Assembly (NCBI RefSeq): GCF_001194135.2
Contig: NC_068981.1
Location: 111,028,462-111,092,461, forward strand
Direction of reading: 5' to 3'
Length of the DNA stretch: 64,000 nucleotides
Source: Octopus bimaculoides
Lineage: Eukaryota
Shown here: positions 13,801 through 24,330 of the stretch, piece after piece
Numbering within the stretch: position 1 is the stretch's first letter
Layout of the letters: every line of letters begins with the position of its first letter
Position numbers and translations under genes: made by a program
Notes under the pieces: generated by a model
Database searches by the model: none
What the model saw: the letters and a program-made list of their open reading frames with translations, nothing else
Told to the model about the DNA's origin: nothing

Positions 13801-14610
13801 CAAAACATGGGTTAATTTTCTGCTTTTCATTTCTTACTTTCGGTCACACCAACTGTATATGTGAGTTAATTTTTTGCTTTCTTTTTTTACTTTCAGTTGC
13901 ACTGACTTTATATGGGGAGCAGTTTCTTACTTCAGTTTATTCCGCATCATACCTTAGGTTTATTATTCTCTGGCATTCCTCAAATATTTCTTGTAGTGTT
14001 AGCTTCTGATTTTGTTCTAATTTAGTCAGAATTCAGTTACAAATTTCTGCATCTTTCTTTGCCATTAAAACTTGTATGAAAATTAAGCATTTAAACATAT
14101 CTGGCGTTAGTTCATTAATTTTAAATTTCTTGCATTCCCTATTAACGACTCCAATGTATGTAATAAAATCTTCAACTCTTTTTTTTGTAATATTCATGCA
14201 TTGCCACTGCATATTAAAGAGCTTTATTTGCTGACCTTTGAAAGGGTATCAACAGTTTCTTTAAAACAGACTTCTCCTCTGTCTCTTTGGTTATATATAG
14301 TTGCAGTATTTTTCATGTTTGGCTGGGGCTAACTTTCTTAACAAATGTCAGGTTTTTTTCATCTTAGCAGTTGGATTACTCTTCTTTAAAAATCTCCTCA
14401 TGCCTTCTGTCATACACAGGAAAAGTAATACCCTCATCCAGGTTATATATGAATTCACTGATGGAGTTTGCGACCATATCAGGGGTGAATGAAGTTATGT
14501 GAATGAAGTTGCTTCTGCAGCTGCTGTTGTTGTTGTCTCTGTAATTCAGTTACTGAAGCTAGTAATTCTTCCATGTTCCAAACTACAATCTATCCAGCCT
14601 GAATTTGAAA

Positions 14611-14623
14611 ATCCTCGTCGCCA
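14611..14623 (-). promoter_or_regulatory. Primer-binding site, complementary to the tRNA-Ser(GCU) 3' end
   Basis: Plus strand ATCCTCGTCGCCA equals the 3' end of eukaryotic tRNA-Ser(GCU) as I recall it; lies 3 nt from the 5' LTR. Confidence 0.8.
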
Positions 14624-14626
14624 AAA

Positions 14627-14954
14627 TGTTATGTTATGAGTTTCAGTATCTCATTGCCAATAAAGTTATGATGATGTTGGGGTGTGCACAAGAGTGGAGG
14701 AATAGTATTACCCAAATAAATATTTAGATATGGTTATCTAGAATAACCTTTCACAGAATTAATATGTTCACACAGAACGTACTCTGTGCTAAATGTAGGT
14801 ACAATGTTAAACTAACACAGTAATCCGATATAAACGATTGATACTGTCAGCTGCTGATGGTCAACTGCCAACAGTTCACACAGTTTCTTTATTTTATTGA
14901 AATGCATCAGTCCACATTTGGTCACGTGAAAATGGTCAAGATCCTTCCATAACA
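14627..14954 (-). repeat. 5' LTR of Gypsy element 1
   Basis: TGTTATG...CATAACA perfect terminal inverted repeat. Confidence 0.92.
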
Positions 14955-15420
14955 ATAACCTACACAAATTTCAAATAATATATTCAACTCTAAAATCCAT
15001 CAAAATACCTTGTGACCATAAAGTATGTAGAATCAATCAAAAATAAGTACGCTATAAGTAACCACTTCTTGCCTAGCCAAGAACATTTGCTAACTTCAGC
15101 AAACATTGCTGCTGTTGCTACTGAATTTTATCCAAACAAACAGTTGAGAAAAACATCTCACAGAAGAATGTCATGGTTTACAACTATTATCAAGCCTAAT
15201 TTAAATTAATGGTGGAGGAAAATTCCTCTTCGAAAAGTTTCATACTTATATGCCCTGGAGAGATTGTACTTAATAATGCACAAATCGCTGCATGTGAATA
15301 TGCAACAATATGCAGTTGGTATGATCAAACCACATGTTGGATTGTTATTATGAATAAACTAACTGGAAATAAACAAAGTTTGAATGCTCAAATTCTTCAT
15401 TCTCCTCATTTGCCTTATTA
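14955..15420 (+). repeat. Continuation of the unclassified repeat split by Gypsy 1 (left piece 10408-10497)
   Basis: Aligns to the reverse complement of about 5330-5820. Confidence 0.85.
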
Positions 15421-15430
15421 TATATATCTA

Positions 15431-15472
<42 letters not shown>

Positions 15473-16309
15473 TTAAATATAGGATAAAATCTTTATAAGA
15501 ATTTATGAAGTAGTTAGCATGAAAAACCTCATACACATTAAATAATCAGATAGAAAGGAACAGAACAACAAATTAGTGTTCTAATTAATAAAGCGTCATG
15601 AAATATAAAGATTAATAGAGAGAGAACAAATTTTAAGAGTCAGAGTTCATTTTGTCAATATATCTCCCAACATTGGAATACTTTGTAAAAATATACATAA
15701 ATATGAATATGTGGATACAATATAAAATATAAAACATAAATATACTTGCCTGACATTGTATGAAGTTGTATGTCTGTGTTTGGAATCAATGAGAAAGTTA
15801 TTATACATACATACATATATATATACACGCACACATACACACTCTCATACATATGCATATACTCATACATAGATACATGCACACACACACATTCACAGAC
15901 ACACACATATACATATATACACACATATAGATAAATGTATATGTGTGCACACACACACACGTACATATACAGAGAGTTGTATTTACCTATACACATGCAC
16001 ACACTCACTCAATCTCACATGTACACACACATATATTCATATAATGGACATATATACAAAATGGACAAATTGAGGGAGTGGTCTGCATCTTCCACACATT
16101 TAGTGTCCACAGGAGTCAGAACGAATATTATCAGTATGTAATTATAAAATCCAAGGATCTAAGTGTAGAAGGTTTGTAAGCTTTGAGCAGTCCATAGTAG
16201 TTATAAAAAACAACATTCAGAAACAATAACAATTTATTGGTGTTGAAGTTTGTACGTTTCCCGTTCAATAATTATTTTTGTACATGTTTTCCGTTCAATA
16301 ATTCTTTTA

Positions 16310-16635
16310 TTCTTTTAATTGTTTCAGTCATTTGACTGTGACCATGCTGGAGCACTGCCTTAAAGAATTTTAGTTGAAGAAATCAACTTCAATACTTATT
16401 CTTTTCTACACGTAGTACTTATTCTATTGCTCTTTTTTGCTAAACTGTTAAGTTACAGGGATGTAAACACACCAACATCAGTTGGTAGAGGAACAAACAC
16501 AGACACATACACAAATACACACACACACACACACAAATAGTAGAAGACACTTGCCCAGGGTACCACATAGTGGGACTGAATCTGGAACCATGTGGTTGGT
16601 AAGCAACCTACTTACCACACAGCCACTCCTGCACC
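16310..16635 (-). mobile_element. tRNA-derived SINE
   Basis: Minus-strand head ggtgcaggagtggctgtgtggtaag (A box) ... ttcagtccc (B box) ... gggcaagtgtctt, plus the family 3' tail. Confidence 0.85.
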
Positions 16636-16637
16636 TA

Positions 16638-16880
16638 TATATATATAATTGTTAAAAAGGACATCAAACATTAAGGCATGGCTAACATCTCAAGTCATAT
16701 ACAATATTATGACAGGAAGAAATTCAAAATCTTACAGCTCTTTCTGGAATATCTCATACTTGAGGATATTCCAGAAAGAGCTGTAAGATTTTGAATTTCT
16801 TCCTGTCATAATATTGTATATGACTTGAGATGTTTGCCTTGCCTTAATGTTTGACGTCCTTTTTAACAATTATATATATA
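16638..16880. repeat. Near-perfect palindrome (116-bp arms, 3 mismatches, 11-nt centre) centred on a hammerhead stem II
   Basis: 16638-16753 is the reverse complement of 16765-16880; the right arm carries GAAAGAGCTGTA (16774-16785). Confidence 0.95.
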
Positions 16881-19163
16881 CTAGCAGCTAAACCCTGTTT
16901 CACCTGGTCTGTTTGGATGATGTGGCTGTGGTCATTTTTGGTTAGGCATAATCTATAACAGTGTTTCTCAACCTTATCATTCGGGTGCCCTGTTTTGATT
17001 GGAGCCTCTAGCTGTATGAAGATTTCACCACCACCCCTGTCAGAAAATGGCTTCAGGAGTTGTGAAAAAAGAATTTGTATGTAGTCTCTTTCTAAGAGCT
17101 ATTCTATTGGACATCTGTCTAATCATCAAAACATTTATTTAATTATGAACATAGAAAGAAATTATACATTGATCCCAATTTTTGTAAGCAGTTGTATCCG
17201 TAAAAAAATTATTTGCAGAGAGCAGAAATTGAAAGATATATGAAATGGACGTGCGTGTATGTGAGAGAGAAAGAGGGTGAGATAGAGTGAGTGAGTGAAG
17301 TTGTGTGTCATTAACTTACGTTGGCTGGCATGGCAGATATGAAGCTTTTGAGGCGGCAGATGACTGGGGGGATTTGGAAGATGTGAAGAAATGCCGGCTT
17401 TTCAGTGAAGCACTTCTTTGTAGGCAACGTTTCTCATTTTCCCTTCTGATGCACAAATGTATAGACTTTGTGGCCTGCCAACACGGGAGCATCTAACGTA
17501 AAGTTGACCGTGGGAGAACACTTGCTCTGTGAGATTGAAACCAACCATTTGCAATGATTGACTCTGTGCCTTATGATTCTGCATATTATGTAGTTTGAAT
17601 GAGAAACTGTGTGTGAGCAACTGGTTGTGTTAATGGCAAAAGAAAGGAGAATTGCATTAGAAAAAGTTTTAATCGATGGAATAAGTCATTCATATCCGAA
17701 AACGGGGATTTTTGGCAAAAAAATTTTTGAAAGAAAGAAATTTGTGAGAAAATGGGGTGGGGGGAAGGGCGGAAGTCTTTCCAAAGTATCTTCGCAGGAA
17801 ACAGCTTTAGGAGTTGTGAAGAAAGAATATGTAGGTAGTCTGTTTCTGAGAACTATTCTATTGGACCTCTGTCTAATCACGTCTTTTAAGGTACACACAC
17901 ATACATAGAAAATGTGAGGTCATGGTAGAAAATTTCTACGATGGAAAAGATTATGTTAAATGTTTGAAATGCAAATCTGTGAATGAAAATTAAGTTCAGA
18001 CCTCTACATGGTAGGTAGACCTGGTAGAAATAGCAGCCAAATCTCCCTCAAAATACCCTACTGTACTAATGCAACAATTCTGCGTATTATGTAGTTTGAA
18101 TGAGAAACTGTAAGGTGTGTGAGCAACTGGTTGTGTTAATGGCAGAAGAAAGGGGAATTGCATTAGAAAAAGTGTTAATCGATGTTCTCGGTAAGTATGG
18201 TGGCTAGGAAAAAGTAGAAGAGGCATTAAGAAGTTGATGCTAAGAATTGCTTAAACAGAAAATGAAGCTGTAAGAATTAACGGGGAAATTGTATGTAAGA
18301 ATTAATAGCAGACATATCCAATTTAAGAAAATTGAAGATAAAAGCTAAGTGAAGAAGTATGGAATAAGTAATTGTTATATGCTTATAGAAAAACAATTTA
18401 TATTATAGAATAGATACATACCTGTTGAAGACGAAAATGTATGTGAGAGCTGTTGTATTGGACGTGTGTATAATCATAGAGAAAGTGAAAGACATATGAA
18501 ACGGACGTGTGTGTGTGTGTTTTTTGCGGCTAATTTGGCGGGAGTTTTGCAGTCAGCAGGAGGTGGTTTGTGTTTTATCTCTCAATCAATGGCCGGACAA
18601 GTGAAAATATTTTTTTAATATGTGTTTTGGGGAAAGGGGATCTTTTGAAGTGGGCATCAAATGAAAAGAGACATGGACAGTTTTATGACTGAACTTCTTT
18701 TGAAGTTGGCGTGAGACAGAAGAATTGATGCGTGTGTGTGTATGTTTCATGGGGTGTGCGAGACTGAGAGAGTAATGTTGATGGTGTGTGTGTATATGAG
18801 AGAGAGAGAGAGATAACTGAAATTTTCCATTCAGTTTTTGTAGTAAGTGAATGTGTGAGTGATTGNNNNNNNNNNGTTTTTGTAGTAAGTGAATGTGTGA
18901 GTGATTGACAGAGAAAAACAGAGAGAGAGAGAGAGAGAGAGAGTGGTTATGTATGTATGAATGGCTTCAGTGACAGACACTCACATGCACGCAAGTTTTA
19001 ATCAATTTTCTCAGTAACTATGGGGGCTAGGAAAAAAATACAAAGCACGTTCCAATCTATTCACCCGTCTCCACATGTGTGCCATTTTTCACGCAAATCC
19101 ACCCAGCCGTTCGGCCGTGAACCTTGAGACAAGAAATAATACATGTTCAATTTATATTATAGA
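16881..19163 (-). mobile_element. Non-autonomous Helitron with helicase C-terminal remnant
   Basis: Minus strand A|TCTATAATATAAA start (19163) and hairpin + CTAG|T end (16881); ORF 17402-17620 contains NHKAQSQSL..VGFNLTEQVFSHGQLYVRCSRVG..RNVAYKEVL (Pif1/RepHel C-terminus). Confidence 0.88.
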
Positions 19164-19165
19164 TC

Positions 19166-19258
19166 GGTGCAGGAGTGGCTGTGTGGTAAGTAGCTTGATT
19201 ACCAACCACATGGTTCTAGATTCAGTCCCACTATGTAGCACCTTGGGCAAGTGTCTTC
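19166..19258 (+). mobile_element. SINE head, inverted twin of 16543-16635
   Basis: Shares the variant agattcagtcccactatgt with the 16543-16635 copy; the 26661 copy has gggttcagtcccactgcgt. Confidence 0.85.
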
Positions 19259-19313
19259 TTCTCTGATGACAGAATACCCCATACTTGAGGATATCCCAGA
19301 AAGAGCTGTGAAA
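19259..19313 (+). ncRNA. Degenerate minimal hammerhead at the start of a third copy of the palindrome arm (copy runs to about 19405)
   Basis: CTGATGA (19263-19269), stem II-like gaatacccc..ggatatcc, GAAA (19299-19302), GAGCTG-T-G; stem III and the cleavage base are mutated. Confidence 0.55.
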
Positions 19314-20057
19314 TTTTGAATTTATTCCTGTCATAATATTGTATATGACTTGAGATGTTTGCCTTGCCTTAATGTTTGATGCCCTGTTTAACAATTATAT
19401 ATCTGGTGCATCAGAAATTTACAATGGCTCCATAACTACCGTCTCAGCTATAACCTTGGAGCCCTAGTAATCCATTACAGCACTTACCCAGCGTACCTAA
19501 TTGTTTAGATCACCTGTGAACTAAACCCCCATACTTTGTATATATATATATATATATATATATATANNNNNNNNNNNNNNNNNNNNNNNNNNNNNNNNNN
19601 NNNNNNNNNNNNNNNNNNNNNNNNNNNNNNNNNNNNNNNNNNNNNNNNNNNNNNNNNNNNNNNNNNNNNNNNNNNNNNNNNNNNNNNNNNNNNNNNNNNN
19701 NNNNNNNNNNNNNNNNNNNNNNNNNNNNNNNNNNNNNNNNNNNNNNNNNNNNNNNNNNNNNNNNNNNNNNNNNNNNNNNNNNNNNNNNNNNNNNNNNNNN
19801 NNNNNNNNNNNNNNNNNNNNNNNNNNNNNNNNNNNNNNNNNNNNNNNNNNNNNNNNNNNNNNNNNNNNNNNNNNNNNNNNNNNNNNNNNNNNNNNNNNNN
19901 NNNNNNNNNNNNNNNNNNNNNNNNNNNNNNNNNNNNNNNNNNNNNNNNNNNNNNNNNNNNNNNNNNNNNNNNNNNNNNNNNNNNNNNNNNNNNNNNNNNN
20001 NNNNNNNNNNNNNNNNNNNNNNNNNNNNNNNNNNNNNNNNNNNNNNNNNNNNNNNNN

Positions 20058-20136
<79 letters not shown>

Positions 20137-20759
20137 TACAGTGAAGCTTTACTATAGCGTCATATATTTTTGACTGCTATTTCCAGTATATGTTGGTGCA
20201 TTGTTGTACTATCTTATTTACACTTTAACTGAATGACCTGCCCAAATGATTTGTTTATAATGATCAAATATTTGTGCCACACATTAGCTTACTTTCTCCA
20301 TCAAATCAATGTTGGCTGAACTGGTGTATGATGTACTATGCATCAGGTGTCAAAGTGATTACTGATCAACATGAGATAAAGTATTTTGCTCAAGAACACA
20401 TCGCAGCTCCTAGTTTCGGAATTAAAATCACATATGTAAACTACTCTTCAAAACTATGAAACCAGAACACTGTTTTTTCTGGTGAACCATCCCACCCAAA
20501 TTCATGAAACTCACCTCTAGATTGGAAATGGAATAGAAGAAGGCATTGCAATATTCAAATTTATTGAAAATAAAAAATAAATTAGATAATAATTCACAAA
20601 AAACATATAGAGCCAGAAACCCTCTGTTCAAAACTATAACACCTGGTTGAATAATGTTGCAAAAATGATGCAAAACAGGGAAATTATAATATATTTCAAT
20701 GATATTCTCATGCAATACATCAACAACAGTGTGTTTGACCACCACCTTTCTGAATTACT

Positions 20760-21930
20760 TCAAAGATACATGACTTCATACTCCCAATCAGCTTTTACAG
20801 CAGATCGAGTGGAAGCTCTTCCCAGGCCTTCTTTATTGCTGTTTCAAGTTCATCAACAGGTGAATACTACTTGCCTTTGCTATAAACAACATTCATGAGA
20901 TATCCCCAGGCATTCACTATAGGGTTTAAGGTTGGGACTTCTTGCTGGCCATGGCATGACTTCAACCCCAATTGAATGGCAGAAATCCAAAGCTGCCTTT
21001 GCTTTAAGAATAGGAGCATTGTCCTGTTGAAATATGAAGTTCTCACTATGGAGCCTTCTTCCTTGTTCATCAGTGTGAGCCCTGTCCAACATATTGATGT
21101 ATTGTGCAGCATCCATAATGACAGCATCCATGATGACAAGACGATGGTAGATATTGGTCCCCACACCATAAGCTCTCCACTACTGTTCTGCCACTTGGAA
21201 TAAGTAGAATTTTCTACACTTTTATCTACCCAGTAATACTTATAACCTTTGGGGCCATCCAACTTCCATCTTTTCTCATCAGAGAACAGAACCCTGGTCC
21301 ATTCACCATCCCATGTCTGATACTGCCGAGCAAACACTAATCTAATGGCTTTGTGGAAAGGGGACAATAACAGGCATCTTAGCCACTTCTTCGGGTGAAA
21401 ACCATGATTCAAAATCACTCTTCTTACAGTTTCTTACTCCTGCTGATGCTTTGATTTTAGAAACAGAAGAACAGTGTGACTTCTTCACAATTCTGACAAT
21501 GGCTCTTTTTGATGTAACCTTGGGATGTCCACTAACCTAAATCCTGTTGTAGCTGTTAGGATCTTTCAGAAAATTGTCCTTTGGTGTTTTGCTTTGCTGA
21601 ATCTTCTCAGCAATCTTCCAGTTACTCATTCCTTTCACTTTCAGTGCAAGAATCTTCCCTTGTTCAATTTTGGAAAACTTTGCAGCTTTAGGCATACTGG
21701 AAATGTAATCTGGATCACAGAGAATACTACCAAATTGAATATTTTCCGAAACAATCCAGAAAGAAATGAAAATGTATTAGTGGCTTTATGGTTTTGAAGT
21801 GTTGATATGCTAGGAAAAATTGAAAATCAGGTGTTGTAATGTGATAATAAAGGTACAGGTTTTACATTTCAAAGTATTCATGAAATACCCATTTACAGTA
21901 TATTATGCGCCTTAGTCCACTTAAATACAG
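20760..21930 (-). mobile_element. Tc3/Tc1-like transposon, transposase pseudogene
   Basis: VLFSDEKRWKLDGPKGYKYYW (ORF 20867-21418) and FQQDNAP...WPARSPNL (ORF 20880-21164). Confidence 0.88.
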
Positions 21931-22009
21931 AGTTAGATTTCTAAATAACTTAAAAAGACATGTGGATTTATAATTTTGAATAGTAGTTTATATGTGTATA
22001 TATATCATC

Positions 22010-22130
22010 ATCATCATCATCATCGTTTAATGTCCGCTTTCCATGCTAGCATGGGTTGGATGATTTGACTGAGGACTGGTGAAACCGGATGGCAACACCA
22101 GGCTCCAATCTAATTTGGCAGAGTTTCTAT
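22010..22130 (-). mobile_element. RTE-type 3' tail fragment
   Basis: (CAT)n-cgtttaatgtccgctttccatgctagcatgggttgg. Confidence 0.8.
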
Positions 22131-22188
22131 ATATNNNNNNNNNNNNNNNNNNNNNNNNNNNNNNNNNNNNNNNNNNNNNNNNNNNNNN

Positions 22189-22254
<66 letters not shown>

Positions 22255-22273
22255 AATAGATAGATAGCTAGAT

Positions 22274-22315
<42 letters not shown>

Positions 22316-22384
22316 TCTGTATTATCTGTCTGTTTTTCTCTCTTTCCTTCTGTCTTTCTTTTCTTTTCCATGATTGCATGGGTT

Positions 22385-22990
22385 GGGCATGTCCTCCCTA
22401 ATACAGTATCTTGCCATTCTTGTGCTCATTTGTCATTTTTTAAAATTTGGGTATCTTGAGATTAGCTTTCACCACTTTTGCCTGTCTTCCTTGATATTTC
22501 TCTTCCACTTTGATCTCCTGGCACTTCATTAGTCATCTGTTATCATCCATTCATATTTCATGTTTACCAACACAGCTGTTATCTAATCTCTCTTCTACCC
22601 ATTCTATTTTTAGTCATCTGTACCATGATGCACATGCATACTATTACACATCTGGCAGTATATGCTGATTTCAATTTTTTTGCAATTTTAATGCATCCTC
22701 TGTATTCAGTGCCCACATCTCACTACCATGAAACATTGCATATTGTATATGAACAACATATAGTCTACCATTTGTTCGAAGAGAAAATTCTCTTTTTATC
22801 AACAAAGATAATCTTACCCTGAGTGTTTTTGTGTTGTGTACTTTTTCTGGCTACTATGCTTTCGATATGTCTTCCTTCTCAACTCATTAGATTGCCTTGG
22901 TGGAAGAAGCTATCAACTATTTCTATGGATCCATCCATGCATTGAAAAAGAATTTATTGTACCAGTGCTCTGATTTCTAGCTACTCTTGT
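22385..22990 (-). mobile_element. Old decayed RTE LINE fragment
   Basis: Minus-strand remnants MDDNR.LMKCQEIKVE...VVKANL resemble the RTE C-terminus. Confidence 0.55.
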
Positions 22991-23111
22991 ACACCAGCCA
23001 CATATTTATATTAAACATTAAAAAAAATTGAATTATAATCTTTGTATTTTAATATATTTGTCAAAATATGCCAAGTTCCTTGATATCTGATTATACACTT
23101 ATATTTTCTAG

Positions 23112-23367
23112 ATCCTGAAATGAATGATTACCTTCGTAACTACTTTGGTGCTGCAGCCACTACAGTTGACAAAGATTTTTATATAATGGGTGGCTATAAT
23201 GGTGTGGAAAGTGGGAAATTAATGAGAATAAATCTTCCTGATGATACATGCACCCTTATATATGACTATGAGACTTGTAAGAGTACTGATGGCTGTTCTG
23301 CATGTAAGTTAGAAACCGTATACAACTTGACATACTGTGTTTCTACTGAAGGTAGATTTCCTGATAT
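23112..23367 (+). CDS. MEGF8: MEGF8 internal exon (last kelch repeat and start of PSI)
   Basis: ttttctag acceptor and gtaagt donor; encodes PEMNDYLRNYFGAAATTVDKDFYIMGGYNGVESGKLMRINLPDDTCTLIYDYETCKSTDGCSAC..., matching the MEGF8 pattern GG..G...G.L..L.LP.D.C; ends in phase 2. Confidence 0.85.
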
Positions 23368-23506
23368 GTAAGTATAAATTTTAATTTTTTCATAACAAAA
23401 TAATTTTGAAGATTGCTTTTTTATGTATATATATTTCTAGTTTCAATGCTCTAAACCCTGAATATGTTTCTTTATTAAAGGAGAAGAAATACAACCTTCA
23501 AGCATA

Positions 23507-24330
23507 TTTAGCGGGATACTAGCATGACATTACATCAAACTCAGTGGTGTGGAGATAGCTATGTAGTAATCCTCTAAATCTAAGTTGTATGATAGTATTC
23601 TGTCATAAAAAGAAGATTAGACTCCATACAATAATATATAGAATTTATTTGGGATAGATGATTCAAACACAGCTTTTCATACAATGTAAGAAATCAAATG
23701 TTAACATGTTGTGGATCCTTTTTGAATAACAAATGAACTAGTTGTGAGACAAAATTGCAAGGGTATCAGAAATGTGTGTGTGGTGTCATGTGTGAGGCTT
23801 AGATGGAAAACATATTCAGTTCAAAGCTTGGACTTACTGTTTCAAGTTCATAGCAGGTGTCAACGAAATTGGTAACATGACAGGCCAATGTCGAATAGGT
23901 TGTGGCGGTAGAGTTAGCTACTGAACAAATTGCCTTGATAATGCAGGATATAATGGTAGCTGTTGAATATTCATCATGAAAATGATGGTGGTCTGCAATC
24001 TGCTAGGCAAGCATCATTAGAACGATGGTAGTAAGAAGACTGCTAGGCAAAACATTATTAGAATGATGGTAACCTCATATGGTCTATGGCCTGAGGCAAA
24101 AGAGGCTGGACAGTCAAAAAGAATGCTATTTATATCTTTTGTGGCCTAGTGCTTGATTTTCCCATAGGGACACAATTAGATAGTTGTACTTGACCAACCA
24201 ACTTGCCTAATCACCAGATCACATGTTAGCTGAATGAGGAGGCTTTGTATAATCTAATTGAAGACATTTAATATTAAACAACTAAGGCTTTAACATCGCA
24301 CACATGCCTCTGGTAACCACTTATGCTACA
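23507..24330 (-). repeat. 3' LTR of Gypsy element 2
   Basis: tttagcgggatac...ttatgctaca; direct repeat of 29208 to about 30050. Confidence 0.88.

Larger units (their letters stand above)
10498..14954 (-). mobile_element. Complete but decayed Gypsy LTR retrotransposon (Mag/K02A2.6-like) with 5-bp TSD ATAAC
   Basis: Two TG...CA LTRs; ATAAC at 10493-10497 and 14955-14959; RT ORF 12711-13055 ending YLDD; integrase remnants at 11122-11544; PBS and PPT present. Confidence 0.95.

Noticed and set aside
15209-15487. Cys/Trp-containing ORF as a MEGF8 exon or other host exon
   Set aside because: It lies in a dispersed repeat with an inverted copy at 5330-5905 and has no convincing splice sites or PSI/kelch pattern.
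18833-18907. Short exact duplication
   Set aside because: Also flanks a 10-N gap; assembly artefact.
19166-19258. tRNA gene
   Set aside because: The A and B boxes belong to a multicopy SINE head; there is no cloverleaf or acceptor stem.
19536-20144. Long ORFs in the supplied track here and at 26546-27054 and 54654-55593
   Set aside because: They consist of N gaps and (TA)n/(CT)n microsatellites.
23500-23506. Target-site duplication for Gypsy 2
   Set aside because: The right end near 30050 is degraded and no matching 4-6-mer could be identified.
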